Notes: generated by a model from the letters alone, not told the origin. Counted from the whole stretch's first letter, positions 36,613 to 49,444 are shown. The stretch is 63,763 bases of DNA, filler included, from Octopus bimaculoides (GCF_001194135.2; 6 parts of 5 records of this genome joined end to end with filler, not necessarily neighbours in it); one strand, 5' to 3'. Numbers and translations are program-made.

Positions 36613-36629
36613 GAAGGGAGAGGATTTAT

Positions 36630-36990
36630 GTGAGGCAATTGATGAAGCCTCAAAAGAGGAATGAAGGTAGTATGCTCCATTGTATTTGCAACATCAGTAT
36701 GCATGACCGACAAAGCACAACTGTGTTGAAAGGAAAGTTAGGTATAAGAGGGATTAAAAGTGGCATCCAGGAGAGGAGAATGCATTGGTTTAGATATGCG
36801 ATGCATATGAGTAAAGACACCTGCCTGTCACTGAAAGTGGATGGTACCTGTGGAAGAAGGAGACCTAGGAAGACACGGGCTGAAGTGGTGAGGACCAATC
36901 TTAGGATGTCGGGGATCACAGAGGAAGTGACAATGGACCAAGATGTTTGGTGATATGAGGTTCTAGAGAAGACCCACTCATGTCAGCAAA
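36630..36990 (+). mobile_element. RTE-clade LINE RT C-terminal fragment
   Basis: KLGIRGIKSGIQERRMHWF...KVDGTCGRRRPRKT..EVVRTNLR...VW. Confidence 0.8.
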
Positions 36991-38222
36991 ACTGAGTTTT
37001 AGAAGCGTTGTGTTCTGCCCACATGTAACAACTTTCACATACCCTACCCCAAGAAATTGAACTACATCTCCTCTTCCAAACTGCATCTTTCTCTTTCTGA
37101 CATTTCCTTTTCATAAACTGTGATTGTCTTCCAATCCCCTTTCCTGCCCTCACTGCCCTACTCATTGCATCACTGCTTCCCCCACCTATTTTTCTAGCCA
37201 GGTTTTCACCATTCACTACAATCCCCGCTCTCTACTTGCACCTTCTTGACAATACATAGCTGCATATATTATGACATTTATACCTCTCTCTTCCTTAATC
37301 TACCATCATATCTATACCCTGATCCTTGTTACTTGTGAGTATACCATGGCAATTCACCATCTCTCTCCTGCTCTCTCTTACACTTTCGTTGTTTCTTACT
37401 CTCTCTCACTTTCCCTTGCTCTTCCCTTTGGCTGGGTAACCATGTATCTCCTCTACAGTAGCACACTTATTTCTGCCCTCATTCTTGAACACACACTCTC
37501 TCTCTCCTTCTCTTGTTTTTCTTCTGATTAGATAACTAAGTATCTTCTTTACATTAGCACATCTGTTTCTGTCCTTTTTCTTGTACCTCTCTCTCTCTCT
37601 CTCTCTCTCTCCCTCTCTCTTCCTCTACCCCTCTCTCTCTTCCATTCTCTTCCTCTCACTCTCTATCTCCCTCTCTCTTCCTCTCCCTCTATTTTCTTAT
37701 CTCTTTCTCACTATCTATCTTCTCCCTCTCTCACTGGGTAATCATGTGCCTCTTCTATAGCAAGACACTTGTTTCTGCCTCTCTATTTCTCTGTCACACA
37801 CTAACCTTTCATCATCACCTTCTCCAATACCCCCCCCCCCGTTATAAGCAAGACGCCTGTTTTTGCCTCTCTGTCTCTGTCACACTCTAACAGTTCATCC
37901 TTTGACAGAAGTACCCCTCCACAATGGATGTGAAACCCAGAGTAACCCCATAGATCAGCCATATCTATCTTTATCTATATAGTCTACTACTCTATAGCTT
38001 AGAGTATGCTTCTTTTTCTGATTTATGACTTACTAATGAGATATATATATATTCAGGATTAAATAAAAAGAAGACAACAAATGGAAAATTAGACATACCT
38101 CTATATATATATATATATATATNNNNNNNNNNNNNNNNNNNNNNNNNNNNNNNNNNNNNNNNNNNNTTAATTAATTAANNNNNNNNNNNNNNNNNNNNNN
38201 NNNNNNNNNNNNNNNNNNNNNN

Positions 38223-38580
38223 ATCACGAAAGGATGAAAAGCAAAGTAGACCTCCGCAGAATTTGAACTCACAACGTAGTGGCTGAGGAAATACCGCTAA
38301 GAATTTCGCCCGGCGTGATAAAGATTCTGCCAGCTCACCGCCTTGTTTACAGTAATAAATATTCTTTTCTACCCTAGGCACAAGACCCGAAATTTTGGGG
38401 AAGGGAGGTCAGTCGATTAGATCGACCCCAATACGCAACTGTTACTTAATTATTCGATCCCGAAGGGAAAAAAGACAAAGTGGAACACGGCGGAATTTGA
38501 ACTCAGAACGTATAAAGACAGACGAAATACTGCTAAGCATTTCGCCCGGCGCACTAACCTTTCTCCCATCTCGCCTCCTT
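38223..38580 (-). mobile_element. Two tandem SINE S1 copies
   Basis: Two successive gaatttgaactca...ccgctaag..ttcgcccggcg blocks (38223-38345 and 38360-38580). Confidence 0.85.
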
Positions 38581-39338
38581 GTTTCCGGTAACAAATATTG
38601 ATCGCACTGTTACGAACAGCTTTTCCAGCAAAAGCATATAATAGATAACCATCCTCTGTGCTACTACTCCTACCCACGCTGTCACATATTCTGAACAGAC
38701 TTGCTGAGAAAGCGGAAGTGTATACTCCTCTTGTTTGCGCACCAATTTCCTGAGAATGCTGTAACATTTTTAATTCTGTTCTTTTCGGCGTGTCTGCTAC
38801 TCAACCGCAATTTTCTTTCATTAATTCTTATGTATATTTTTTCTTCGTGCTGTCCTACATATATTCTCCGCCAATCCTACCCACGCCCAAGTCATGAACT
38901 CTACCGCTTGCAGTGCCACTATGACACCTCACTCATCCATGTAGGGCTTGATATGTATACATGCAGCACCCTTATCTCAAAGGAAATGCGTGTAGGTGTG
39001 TGTGTATCTTTGCGTATATATATNNNNNNNNNNNNNNNNNNNNNNNNNNNNNNNNNNNNNNNNNNNNNNNNNNNNNNNNNNNNNNNNNNNNNNNNNNNNN
39101 NNNNNNNNNNNNNNNNNNNNNNNNNNNNNNNNNNNNNNNNNNNNNNNNNNNNNNNNNNNNNNNNNNNNNNNNNNNNNNNNNNNNNNNNNNNNNNNNNNNN
39201 NNNNNNNNNNNNNNNNNNNNNNNNNNNNNNNNNNNNNNNNNNNNNNNNNNNNNNNNNNNNNNNNNNNNNNNNNNNNNNNNNNNNNNNNNNNNNNNNNNNN
39301 NNNNNNNNNNNNNNNNNNNNNNNNNNNNNNNNNNNNNN

Positions 39339-39400
<62 letters not shown>

Positions 39401-39889
39401 CATATACTCACACACATTTACATTTGTATACAATATGTGTGTATATAAATGTGTGAGTGTGTGTGTAGAACCTTCATTATTCTACTTTTGCTTCAAAAAG
39501 TAATATCTTTTATGTCTATCTTGCATAGAAAAACATTATTTAACCCCTCAGATTAAGATTACTAGATCGTGTAGATAAATCTTATTTACTTATGGTCCAA
39601 ACTATTTACATTATTTGCAGCTTATTTTTAAAAGTAATTTTTACTTGGCCGTATAAACCAAAATAAGCTAAGATGCTATTTGCCATCCTCTAGCAGACAA
39701 CAATCCTCAAGCAGACAACAGGATCACGAGACTGACTCAGTTTTGAGCTGGTTGGCTCGTCCCCAGTCGCGAGTACTTGGGTTTAGCTCCCAGCGGTACA
39801 CCGATAACCAGCTGGTGGAAGATCTGCCTGGTGTTAAACGAAAGTAACTTCCTAATGCCAACTCATAACCAGATGATATTAAATAGGGC

Positions 39890-40270
39890 TATTTACAAAT
39901 GATGGCAAAATGCCCTTGCAATGTAATATTGTATTGTTTAACCACCTGCTTTTTGAAAACTGGTTCCTTCCCACCCGCACTGCTCATTTATCTTATATGT
40001 TCCAGTGGCAAACCGGTTACTCGTTTCCTCAAGTTTACAAATGCCTCCGCTTTAACTTTGTATGTAAGCTTTAACTTAACAATAAAATCGTCAATTGATT
40101 TTAACATAAATTCCTCTAACGTATACCTAATTGTCCTCCCTGCTTACCTTTATTTGGCACCCTTCCTCGTAATCTTCCTCAAATCTTCATTTATAATAAT
40201 ATCGCAGTGTTTTAACCAAATCATTGGATTTGCTATTGACAGACAAGCTTCGCAGCTACAATTTTGTGAA
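39890..40270 (-). mobile_element. Possible Penelope-like (Naiad-type) pre-RT linker relic
   Basis: Manual translation NCSCEAC...CDIIINEDLRKITRKGAK*R*...VVKQYNITLQGHFAIICK resembles the CxC...GDLxIIxNxxLRxLxxKGPxYREP...AIICK region as I recall it. Not database-verified. Confidence 0.5.
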
Positions 40271-42465
40271 ATTGTTTACTACTCCACTATTATTCATTTT
40301 AACTACTATATAATCTATTTAAGATATAAGGATAATTGTAATAAAGTTTTTTGTCATGATAAGAGCATTTAACTCAGACAATGCTTCTTCGGAGAAGAAG
40401 TGAAGAGACAGTTGTTACAATTTTGAAGAGCGTAATATAGAGTTTCATGGCTGGCACGTTTAAACTTTAAGATATACATATCTTCTTCATTGTTTCAGTC
40501 ACAAAGTTTATTTTTTGCCTTTATTTCAAAATAAGTCTGAATATAATCTAATACATATAAAATATTGCAGATTTTATTATTTTGTTATTGGAGATTTTGA
40601 AATATGTCAAAGATTGTAATTGCAAATAAGTCTGCGATATTATTTACCCAGGATATTTACCACTATTTTATCAGCTATGCTGACAAAATACATGTTGTTC
40701 TTCATGTGCATATATTTCTTATTAAAATAGACATAATATTTTGTACAGATTTAATTACTTCTTATATGCTACGTTTTATTACAAATTCTTGATGTAGTTG
40801 GCATGAATCTAATTAAAAAGTAACGTAATCAAATTACATCAGTGATTAAACATTATATATTTCAACTTCCTTCTACCAAGGATGTGATTTTCTTCATAAT
40901 CACAGAAACATCTGCGGAATGTCTGATGGCATATTTCAGATAAAAATTGTGAGAATGTGAAGAAAATTAACATTTTGCACTCATTTTGAGCGTATTTTCA
41001 TTAGGTGAATATTATATGAAAAGAGAAAGATATAGTGGGCAGAAAGATAGCACAGAATTAAAAGTAAACTAATAAATCCGTATAGAAATCTGACCACACG
41101 TGCAAAGTAAAAATATCATACGAGATATTCTGAAATATTAGAAAAAAAAAAAAAGGCACGCGCACAAACGCGCATACATACACACACTCATAGACATACA
41201 CACTACCACAACCACTACCACATACATGCATATATGCATACATGTATAACTTTTTCTAAATATTTGTGTATATCTATATAATAATCTGCTTGTTCGTTCG
41301 CCCGTTGTATATTAGTTAATTAGAGAAATGGGGGTGGAGTGAGTGAGAGATAGAGAAAGAGAGAGAAAGAGAGAGAAACAGAAACAGAAAGTGAGAGAGA
41401 ACGGGAGGAATGAAGAAAAAAAAAACAGAGGAAATAGAGAGAAAGGTGATTAATATTAATACTCTTTGGCCAAATGGTCACATGGTCAGCTGAAGGTAAA
41501 GGCAAAAACGAGAGAAAAAGACGACGTGAGAAAAAAGAGGGCGAGAGGTGGGGTGAGGAAGGAATATTTATTACGTGGTTAAAAAGTTAGCTGAAAGGAA
41601 AGGTAGATAGATGGACAGATAAGGCAGTTATATTAAAAGAAAGAGAGAAAGATAGAGAGGGAGAACGAGAGGCAGATAGCGATGGTGGTAGCGGTGGTGG
41701 TGTGTTAATAGTGAAAAGCATTTTTCTTTATTGAACTAATTTTTTTGTAATGAGCATGCGCATAAGTGCAATTATTTATCGTCTGCTCGCTTAAAAAAAA
41801 TTGATATTTCTTTATAAGGTTTAATTTAGCCTAAACTCTGGATTCACAGCAAACACAGTTACAAGCTGCCCGAGAAAAGATGCGCAAATATAGAACACGG
41901 ATCACAGAAGAACAGCGAAAAAATATAATGAAAAGACGAAAAAGATAACACCGATGGAGACGTGAGGAAATGAATGCAGACGAACGTCAAGAATAGTTGA
42001 GGAAAGCTAAACTATGGATGCTACAAATGTTCTTTATTTATTATTGTACAGAGGATCGTATTCGTGATTCCTTTTTCTCAGTGCGGTTTGGGCACTGAAA
42101 CGAACATAGGCGTTGGTAGAAAGTGATATATAAGAGTTTGTTGCTAGTAGACATGACGGAAGAGAATCAAGCCTGGTTTTGGCGCAAAATTCGAAATCAT
42201 GATATCAAGTTAAGTGACATTCCTGCTTGCAATTTTGTAGTGGTAACACGTAATCCTTATTTCACTTTATTTTTTTCCAACCATGCATGTGAAAATATAA
42301 TGTTAACATTTGTGGCTTCGGAGTATTTTCACTCCTATCTTTAGCAAAGCTGGTGTCTTTGAAAGAGCGCCCTTGTAACATATAATTCTTTTATTTATAT
42401 ATATATATGTGTGTGTGTATGTGCGTGTGCATGTGTATATNNNNNNNNNNNNNNNNNNNNNNNNN

Positions 42466-42507
<42 letters not shown>

Positions 42508-43132
42508 TTCTACGACATTGCATATTCTTAACGTTATGCTAATTGTCAAATATCTCAAATCAACTGTCTTTCATTTCCCATTTTAACCTAAATAATTACC
42601 GTATTTTGTATGTTAACATTTATTTATTCTTCTTTTCTTTTTCATGTTCTTCTTCGCCTTCTTTATTTTCTTCCCCTCTTTTTCTACATTGCTACCAATG
42701 TTATTTCGTTCTGTTTCCCTTGCTGTTTTGTTTCTTGGCACCTTCATAAGCAAATGTATTTCACACCGCTCAACCCACACACTTCACCATTCGTAACTAG
42801 TATCATACATGACCAAGATTATCTTAGACAATCTAGTCAAAACCAATAAATTCATTAGCCGATATTTTAAAAATTCTTTCTCATTCTTACAATTAACGAG
42901 TCGCTCTCACTCTCCAATCTACATACCCTCCCACTGCCCGTTCACACGTGAGTTCTGTGGTACAGAGTTATTTTTGTATTTTACGTTCTAGTATGAACAT
43001 TTTGTCAACAATGTTTTGACGCGTCGTCGTTGCACATGAATTCTACTCACTGCTACATCATTGAGCTTAAAATTTTTATATCATTAATTTAGTCGTCTAT
43101 TTGATTCTTCTTACATGAGGATGACGATGATG

Positions 43133-43163
<31 letters not shown>

Positions 43164-43195
43164 TGATAATAATAATAATGATAATAATAACAATA

Positions 43196-43360
43196 ATAGG
43201 GGCTGCAATTAGGGTGGCGCACTTGCAGGAAACAGCACTGGCTTGGAACCGCTTGAATACTCCGGCTGGTGCTCGAAAAATAAGAGGTGTTACCTTAGTT
43301 CAATAGTAGTGAACAGCTGACACCGTAGTATATCACTAGCGTTAGAAGCTGTGCAAAGGC
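43196..43360 (+). mobile_element. 3' end of an R4/Dong/Rex6-type LINE inserted in (TAA)n
   Basis: With one frameshift reads IGAAIRVAHLQETALLGTA*ILRLVLEK* (the LQKxALLGTAxILRxVL C-terminus), then a 77-nt 3' UTR and an (AAT)n tail. (AAT/GAT)n also lies upstream. Confidence 0.8.
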
Positions 43361-43387
43361 AATAATAATAATAATGAAATAATGATG

Positions 43388-43427
<40 letters not shown>

Positions 43428-43430
43428 TAA

Positions 43431-43855
43431 ATGCCTTGCACCAGGCATTGGCTTCTCAAGGATTCTGACCGACCTTAACTGATTGAAAGTGTTATGTACA
43501 TGTGTTGTCTTGGTTTAAAAGATGGGCTACAACACATACTGTGCTGAATATCACAGATGTGCTTGTCAATTGTTTGACCTTAGATAGCCGAGCGTATCCC
43601 TTATTGGCTGACAATATATGCATCTCTGATCACGAGCAGAAGTTGATGGGGAGCATCATAGCCATGAGTTGAGAGAAATTCTTTGCGGTTTGAATAATTC
43701 ACCTCTGGAAACATCCTTAAACAAGCTTTATTCTAGAACTTTTGAACGGGGCTATTCGGCCTGAAGAATATTCTAACTGGGCTCCACCTGCAAAGTCATG
43801 CGTTGTATATCTTGATTTGAAATCACCATATCACACATATATTGTTGTGATGCAA
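43431..43855. repeat. Unclassified non-coding interspersed repeat (copy 1), starts at the end of a (TAA)n tract
   Basis: Diverged copy of 49661-50030, truncated where the minus-strand R4 fragment begins. Confidence 0.75.
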
Positions 43856-43859
43856 TTTC

Positions 43860-44785
43860 TTACATTTTTGTTTTTAGGTAGTGTAATGTGTCTATTGCAC
43901 CAATTACAACAGGAAACACCAATTATAAGTGCACCAATTACAACAGGAATATTGGTCTGTTGGTCTCCCACAGCCTCCTCATTTTTCTGGCTAAATTCTG
44001 ATATTTCACAACGTTTTCTGTTTCTTTGATATCAAATCTGCTACCATAGGGGGTTGGAAAATCTCTGATCTTGCACTCTTTATTTATTTTGTCCTGTATG
44101 ATCATATCCAAATTTGTTGTTTCGATAATCTCGGTATTTACGGGGAAATCCTAAAAGATCTTGTGATTCCCATTTTCTTTGACAGTCTCAGTTTCCTGTG
44201 CCTCCCCGTTTTCTATTGTTTTGAAGCCACATAATCCATGAACATCCCAATGCTTTCGTTTGCCGATACAATTATGTTTGCATTTATACTCCTTTTGTGC
44301 TAGTATAATACACTTAAAAGGTGATTGAAATTTTCGTCTCCTTTCCTATAGATTCTATATTTGGTGCCTGACTGAAAATTTTTTATCTTTGTCTTTATCA
44401 GGTTTGTTCTACGGATTTGTACCTGAGCGGCTATAATTAGCGTTTTTGTCTCTCGTTTCAAGTTTCCGTTCGTCAACTAGAGCCAGCGATCTTATCTTCC
44501 GACTTTCTCGGTTTATTGCACGAATTGGTAACGTAGTTCTACCCTTTCCATTTTTCTTTTCTCTTTGAGCTCTCTGACTGTTTCGGTCACTTTTGGGGCA
44601 TCTCTGACTGCCGATGGTATTTTTACTTTAATCTTCACAACATAATTTTCAGACCCAGTATCGCAGTATTAACATTGTCTTCTATGTTTACTAATTCTCA
44701 GCCATATTGCTTTCTTGGTAGAACCGGTGTGTATTGCTTTAAGGATGGAGTGTGTTGTGCATTGTACACAGTTTTCTAGTTCTTC
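43860..44785 (-). mobile_element. R4/Dong/Rex6-type LINE fragment (RT end, degenerate zinc knuckle, restriction-like endonuclease)
   Basis: Minus-strand motifs RTRKLCTMHNTLHP, LVNIED, IAAQVQIRRTNLIK, LAQKEYK.KH, KIF*DF, and DIKETENVVKYQNLARKMRRLW...IPVVIGAL. Confidence 0.8.
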
Positions 44786-44789
44786 CACC

Positions 44790-45790
44790 CAAGATCCATA
44801 AATTGAATTTTCAATAGTGACATAGCCTGTAATACTCCAACTTCATCAAAAGTGGAAAAGTGAGCAGCTAAATTTAGGAGAGGAAGGGAATGTGTCCTGA
44901 AGATAACCCATGGTCTGGACCTCCTGCAACTGCCACCAGTGAAGGAGACATTGATCATGTTCTCCACATGGTGGTGAATCACAGACTATCGACTATCAAT
45001 CAAATAGCCAATGCCATTAGCATATCCCGTGAGAGAGTTGATGATATTCTGCTCAATGAACTTTGCATGACAAATGCGTGCCATGTCTTCTGACACCTAA
45101 TCAAAAACGCACCAAGCTTATCACTTCACAAAAGAATCTGACATTGTTTAGAGTACATTGTTTAGATGTCTAGTTTCCCTAGACATCTTTCTAACTCAAG
45201 TTGGATGTTGGCATCATCACTTCGAGCCAGAGACTAAGGGAGAATCCATGCAGAGGAAACCCTTTTCTTACCTGTTCCAAATAAGTTCTGCCTCAGATTT
45301 TTTAGGATGCAACAGACATTATGCTTATTCAAAAGGGCCACACCATCAATGGAGAATACTATGCCTACTTGCTGAGTTAGTTATGTGAGGATATCAAGAT
45401 CAAATGGCCAGGAAAACTGACGAAAGGTGTCTTGTTTCATCAGGGCAATGCTTCAGCCAACAAGTCCTAGGTTTCAATGGCTGCTATGTATAACTGTGGC
45501 TTTGGACTGGTTGATCACGCTCCCTAACCTTCTGATTTCATCTTATCTCCAGCGGTTCCCCAACAGGAAAAGCACTTGCCTGGGAACCAATATCGCAGAG
45601 ATGATAACATCATATGTACTGTTGATGAATATTTTGACCAACAGGATGAAAGCTTCTTCAACAATGGGATGCATGCATTGCAACACAGATGGAATAAGTG
45701 TGTAAACAGGAAAGGAGACAATGTTGAAAAATAAACGTCATTTGGTTACATTCAATGGTCAGCTTATGAACGTTTCAGTCTACCCTCGTA
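44790..45790 (+). mobile_element. Decayed mariner transposon, same family as 24125-25330, 5' part missing
   Basis: EDNPWSGPPATATSEGDIDHV...INQIANAISISRERV. Right TIR cagcttatgaacgtttcagtctaccctcgTA. Confidence 0.85.
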
Positions 45791-46229
45791 CTTCTTCGTG
45801 ATCACATGTTTAACACTACTACAGTCTTTCGGTACAGCACTGAAATGTTTGATTCTGCAATAGTAATGAGTTTCCACTTGCATCCGTGATTATTTAATTT
45901 CCACTCGTCGAAATGAATGCTAAATTTTTCAAATTTACTCTAAGTTCATCTTTAAATTGCTTCCTTTGTCCTCATAGTCTGGGCTTTATTAACTGCCTAA
46001 ATAATGTTATTAACGCCTGATAATTAACTGACTATATTCTAGAATTACTCTACATTTCCTAACATCTGCCTATGTACATAAATGGATGAATCCTCTTCCT
46101 CCTTATAGGGAGCTTCTTTATATTTATTTCAATTATTTCCACAGAACTATGCCTACAGTTCCAATTTGTGCTTACGTCAGTAATTCTGATGAATCACATT
46201 AACCTTCAGGTCGTTTACCGAGTTCGATT

Positions 46230-46440
46230 AGTAACACAGTCGTGGAATTCTATTTAGTGTGGGGTTTACTTGATCTAAATATATTATTTTTGTGCTGAGG
46301 TGATCTCTATTAGTCAGTGGGATCATAGACGTTATGTACATGCAGATGAGTGTAAACGAAATTACCCCCTCTTGTTGCACACCATTTCTTAGACGCAATT
46401 GTTGTATGAGATTGACAGCGAACTTTGACTTCATATTTCT
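46230..46440 (-). mobile_element. Non-LTR RT core fragment
   Basis: LRNGVQQEGVISFTLICMY resembles GVxQGxVLSPxLFxxY. Confidence 0.5.
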
Positions 46441-47171
46441 ATATATACACTATTTAATTGCATTGAGTATTTCTGGACAGCCGTATTAGATTTCCATAGA
46501 CTTTCATCAATTACTGAAACAAATGTCATGATAATTTTACGCAAGCCACGTACAACGGTTCATGCAGTTCAAAATGATTCTTCTGTAGCGAAAAGACGTG
46601 CAAGATCATATCAAAAGCGATTTTTTAAAAGTAAAATAAAAAAACAAAACATAAAATAAAATACGAAAAAACTTTATGTTTGAAACGGAAAACAAATACT
46701 CGAGTACATGAACGGAATTAAATGCGTGTAAGCTAGTCATTAAAAAGAAAATTTGTCAAAAATTATGCTCAAATATAAACAAAATACGATTTCATGAAGA
46801 AGTATCCAGTACTGTGTAAAAACTTTCATCGTATGAGAAACATACTTAAATATTTAATGTATGTGAGATTTTAAGTCTGCACGCGCGTATACGGTTGTAT
46901 ACAAAGATGCATGCCTATGTATATATGTTTCTGTGTCAGTGCGTGAGTCTGTGTGTATATAAGCAATTTCATTTATGTATATCCTCTATTGTTCTCAAAT
47001 TTCAACATATTTTTAGCATTGTTTCCTGTTTTAATGCTGCGAATGTAACCTCGCATTAAACTTCTGATGTCTTATAAGTCCACTTAATGCCATTCTGTGT
47101 TAATTGTTTTGCTGCTTCACTATTCGCGTATGCAAGCAAAAGTAAATAAAGGAAAATATCCATTAAGCTAC

Positions 47172-47218
<47 letters not shown>

Positions 47219-47232
47219 GCACACACACACAT

Positions 47233-47263
<31 letters not shown>

Positions 47264-47526
47264 GATATTATATCACTTGAAAATATATGAAACTAACAGT
47301 AGTACCTGTCTTTGATCGGGTAACTACTTTTACTCTTTCTCGGGAGCCACATTCAAAGTGTTATTATATAGAGAGGTTCACTCCTCCTGTATGTGTGTAT
47401 TTTATAAGAAAAAAAAAACATGTAATAATTAAAGTACAAAAAAAAGACCAGTTTCATATACGAAATTCTGTTTGAGAATAATAAGTGATTTGTATGTGTT
47501 ATTGTGTGTATCAGTACATTGATGGC

Positions 47527-47660
47527 AATTATATAATAAACAGGGTTTTTGGTCGGCACGGTGCTGTAATGAAAAGAATTTCCTAACGTGCCGCGCAGTT
47601 GGATTGAACCCAAAGTGACATGGTTGGAAAGCAACCTTCTCAACCACACAGCCACGCCTA
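47527..47660 (-). mobile_element. SINE S2 5' half
   Basis: Minus strand ggcgtggctgtgtggttgagaagg...gggttcaatccaactgcgcggcac. Confidence 0.75.
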
Positions 47661-47794
47661 TAAAGGAGAGATACATTTTGGATAATATACTCCTTGATAC
47701 ATTATACTTAACAAAAAGGTGGGATGTTTATGGCGAGAATTTCTTTGATTTTAATATTTACTTGAGTAACGCAACAACTAACAACGCTACACCA

Positions 47795-48215
47795 TAGAGA
47801 GTGTTCCAGAATTAATTATTTGTTTTAAGGAAATTGAGCAAATTTGAAAAAGCTGACAGAATTTTATGTTTATTACCAAAACAAATAGATTTATAAAACT
47901 TACGTCAAACATTTAGTCTAAACTTTTCAACATGTCTGTATCCCTGCATACTTGAAATCTCTCCTTAGTGTTGTAAAAAATATTTTGAAGCATTTCAGGA
48001 GTTAGCTTCTGCATTGCTAAATGAATGTGTTCTTAAAGCTCAGCTAAACGGTTGCGCCATCTTGAGGATGGTGGTAAAGAAGATGATTGCTGCCAAATTG
48101 GAAAAAAAGCTGTCATGGACAAATAAGAGGGATCCAACAGGAATGGAAAGAAAATTGAGTTTTTAAAAAACGCATCCTATTTCACTGAAATCATCATTAA
48201 TTCTAGGACACCCTA
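47795..48215 (-). mobile_element. Small decayed Tc1/mariner derivative
   Basis: Imperfect TIRs tagagagtgttccagaattaa / ttaattctaggacaccctata. Minus-strand remnant LAEL*EHIHLAMQKLTPEMLQNIF..ERFQVC resembles a transposase C-terminus. Confidence 0.45.
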
Positions 48216-48736
48216 TATTTACTCGTCAGACTAAACGAGGGAGGGAATAAAGGGGCGGGCTACTAATTGCAGGTGGCAAGCGCAGTTTCCTGAAATGGTC
48301 CCGCGGTCAAACTCAAATGGCTGAGTCACAACAGCAGTTTGCTTCTTCTATGAACATTTTGCATTATGTATTTCAGACACAGATGACTTAGAAAGCAGAC
48401 ATGCTGTCGCACCATGCTGCGTTGCGCAGTATTGGAAACGTAAAACATCAACAGGGCACTTCTGGAGAACGGATGAATGGATTTGTTGCACCATTACCCA
48501 GCCGTGCACACACGCACAAGGGCCAGTGGTTCGCGAGATGGTAACATGAAGCTTCAACAGGACGCCGACAAAAATTTTAATGTTCTCATTTCCTCTGCCA
48601 AATTAACAAAAAGGTTTTCATGCAATATTATATGCTACTTATAATGCATAAGTAGCGTCAATATTTTATCGTCGTAAAATGACCTAAAACAGAGAAAAAA
48701 ACGCAGTGCAGTATATTCATAGTATACTCATAAATA

Positions 48737-48778
<42 letters not shown>

Positions 48779-48964
48779 NNNNNNNNNNNNNNNNNNNNNN
48801 NNNNNNNNNNNNNNNNNNNNNNTTAATTAATTAANNNNNNNNNNNNNNNNNNNNNNNNNNNNNNNNNNNNNNNNNNNNTAAAGAGAGAGTAAGCTGATAA
48901 GTTGTTTATTGCAATGCATAAGGCGAAATTACAGAAATTATGCTATTAGTTCTTACTTTTCTGG

Positions 48965-49038
48965 AACTCGCCGCGCACCAGCAGCTGATGGCTCACGGAC
49001 CGGCACCGGTCCGCGGACCACCACTTTGAGTAGCACTG
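48965..49038 (-). mobile_element. hAT (Charlie-like) terminus
   Basis: Minus strand starts CAGTGCTACTCAAAGTGGTGGTCCGCGGACCGGTGCCGGTCCG, a typical hAT-Charlie end. Confidence 0.55.
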
Positions 49039-49444
49039 TTCTAAGAGAGCTTACTCGCAAAAATTGGCCCTGCTGGGTTTTTTTTGTTGTTGTTTTTGTT
49101 CTTTCTTTGAACAAAAATACAATCGTCATCTGTGTTTCACTTTTTTTTTGCGCTAATTCGTTTTTTTGGTGCTAATTCGTTTGCCACACTCACATTCTCT
49201 CTCAATGATGTTTGGTTACGCTCCTCACTCTCTCCCCCTCTCTCACATGAGCGTCACCGTGTCTTATTGCGTTTTCTCCATGTCGGTGGGGAAAATGCAA
49301 ACAACTATGATTGAAAAACAAAATCACTTGACCTGTCACCCCAAAATGGAGGACAAAACAGGAAAATAATCTTACCACTCGACAGCAAATAACTTGTTGT
49401 CCACGGTGGTATAAACTTGAAGAGTACGAATACACTATTATGTG

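Larger units (their letters stand above)
32678..36615 (-). mobile_element. Gypsy/Ty3 LTR retrotransposon, CsRn1-like, 5'-truncated and pseudogenised
   Basis: Minus-strand order gag end - protease - RT - RNase H - integrase - polypurine tract - LTR. Stops and frameshifts present. No 5' LTR or PBS seen. Confidence 0.93.

Noticed and set aside
48050-48330. YY1-like AAGATGGCG, GC box and AP-1-like motif suggesting a promoter or first exon
   Set aside because: The ATG frame closes after 6 codons and the YY1-like motif lies inside a decayed transposon. Short motifs alone are not support.
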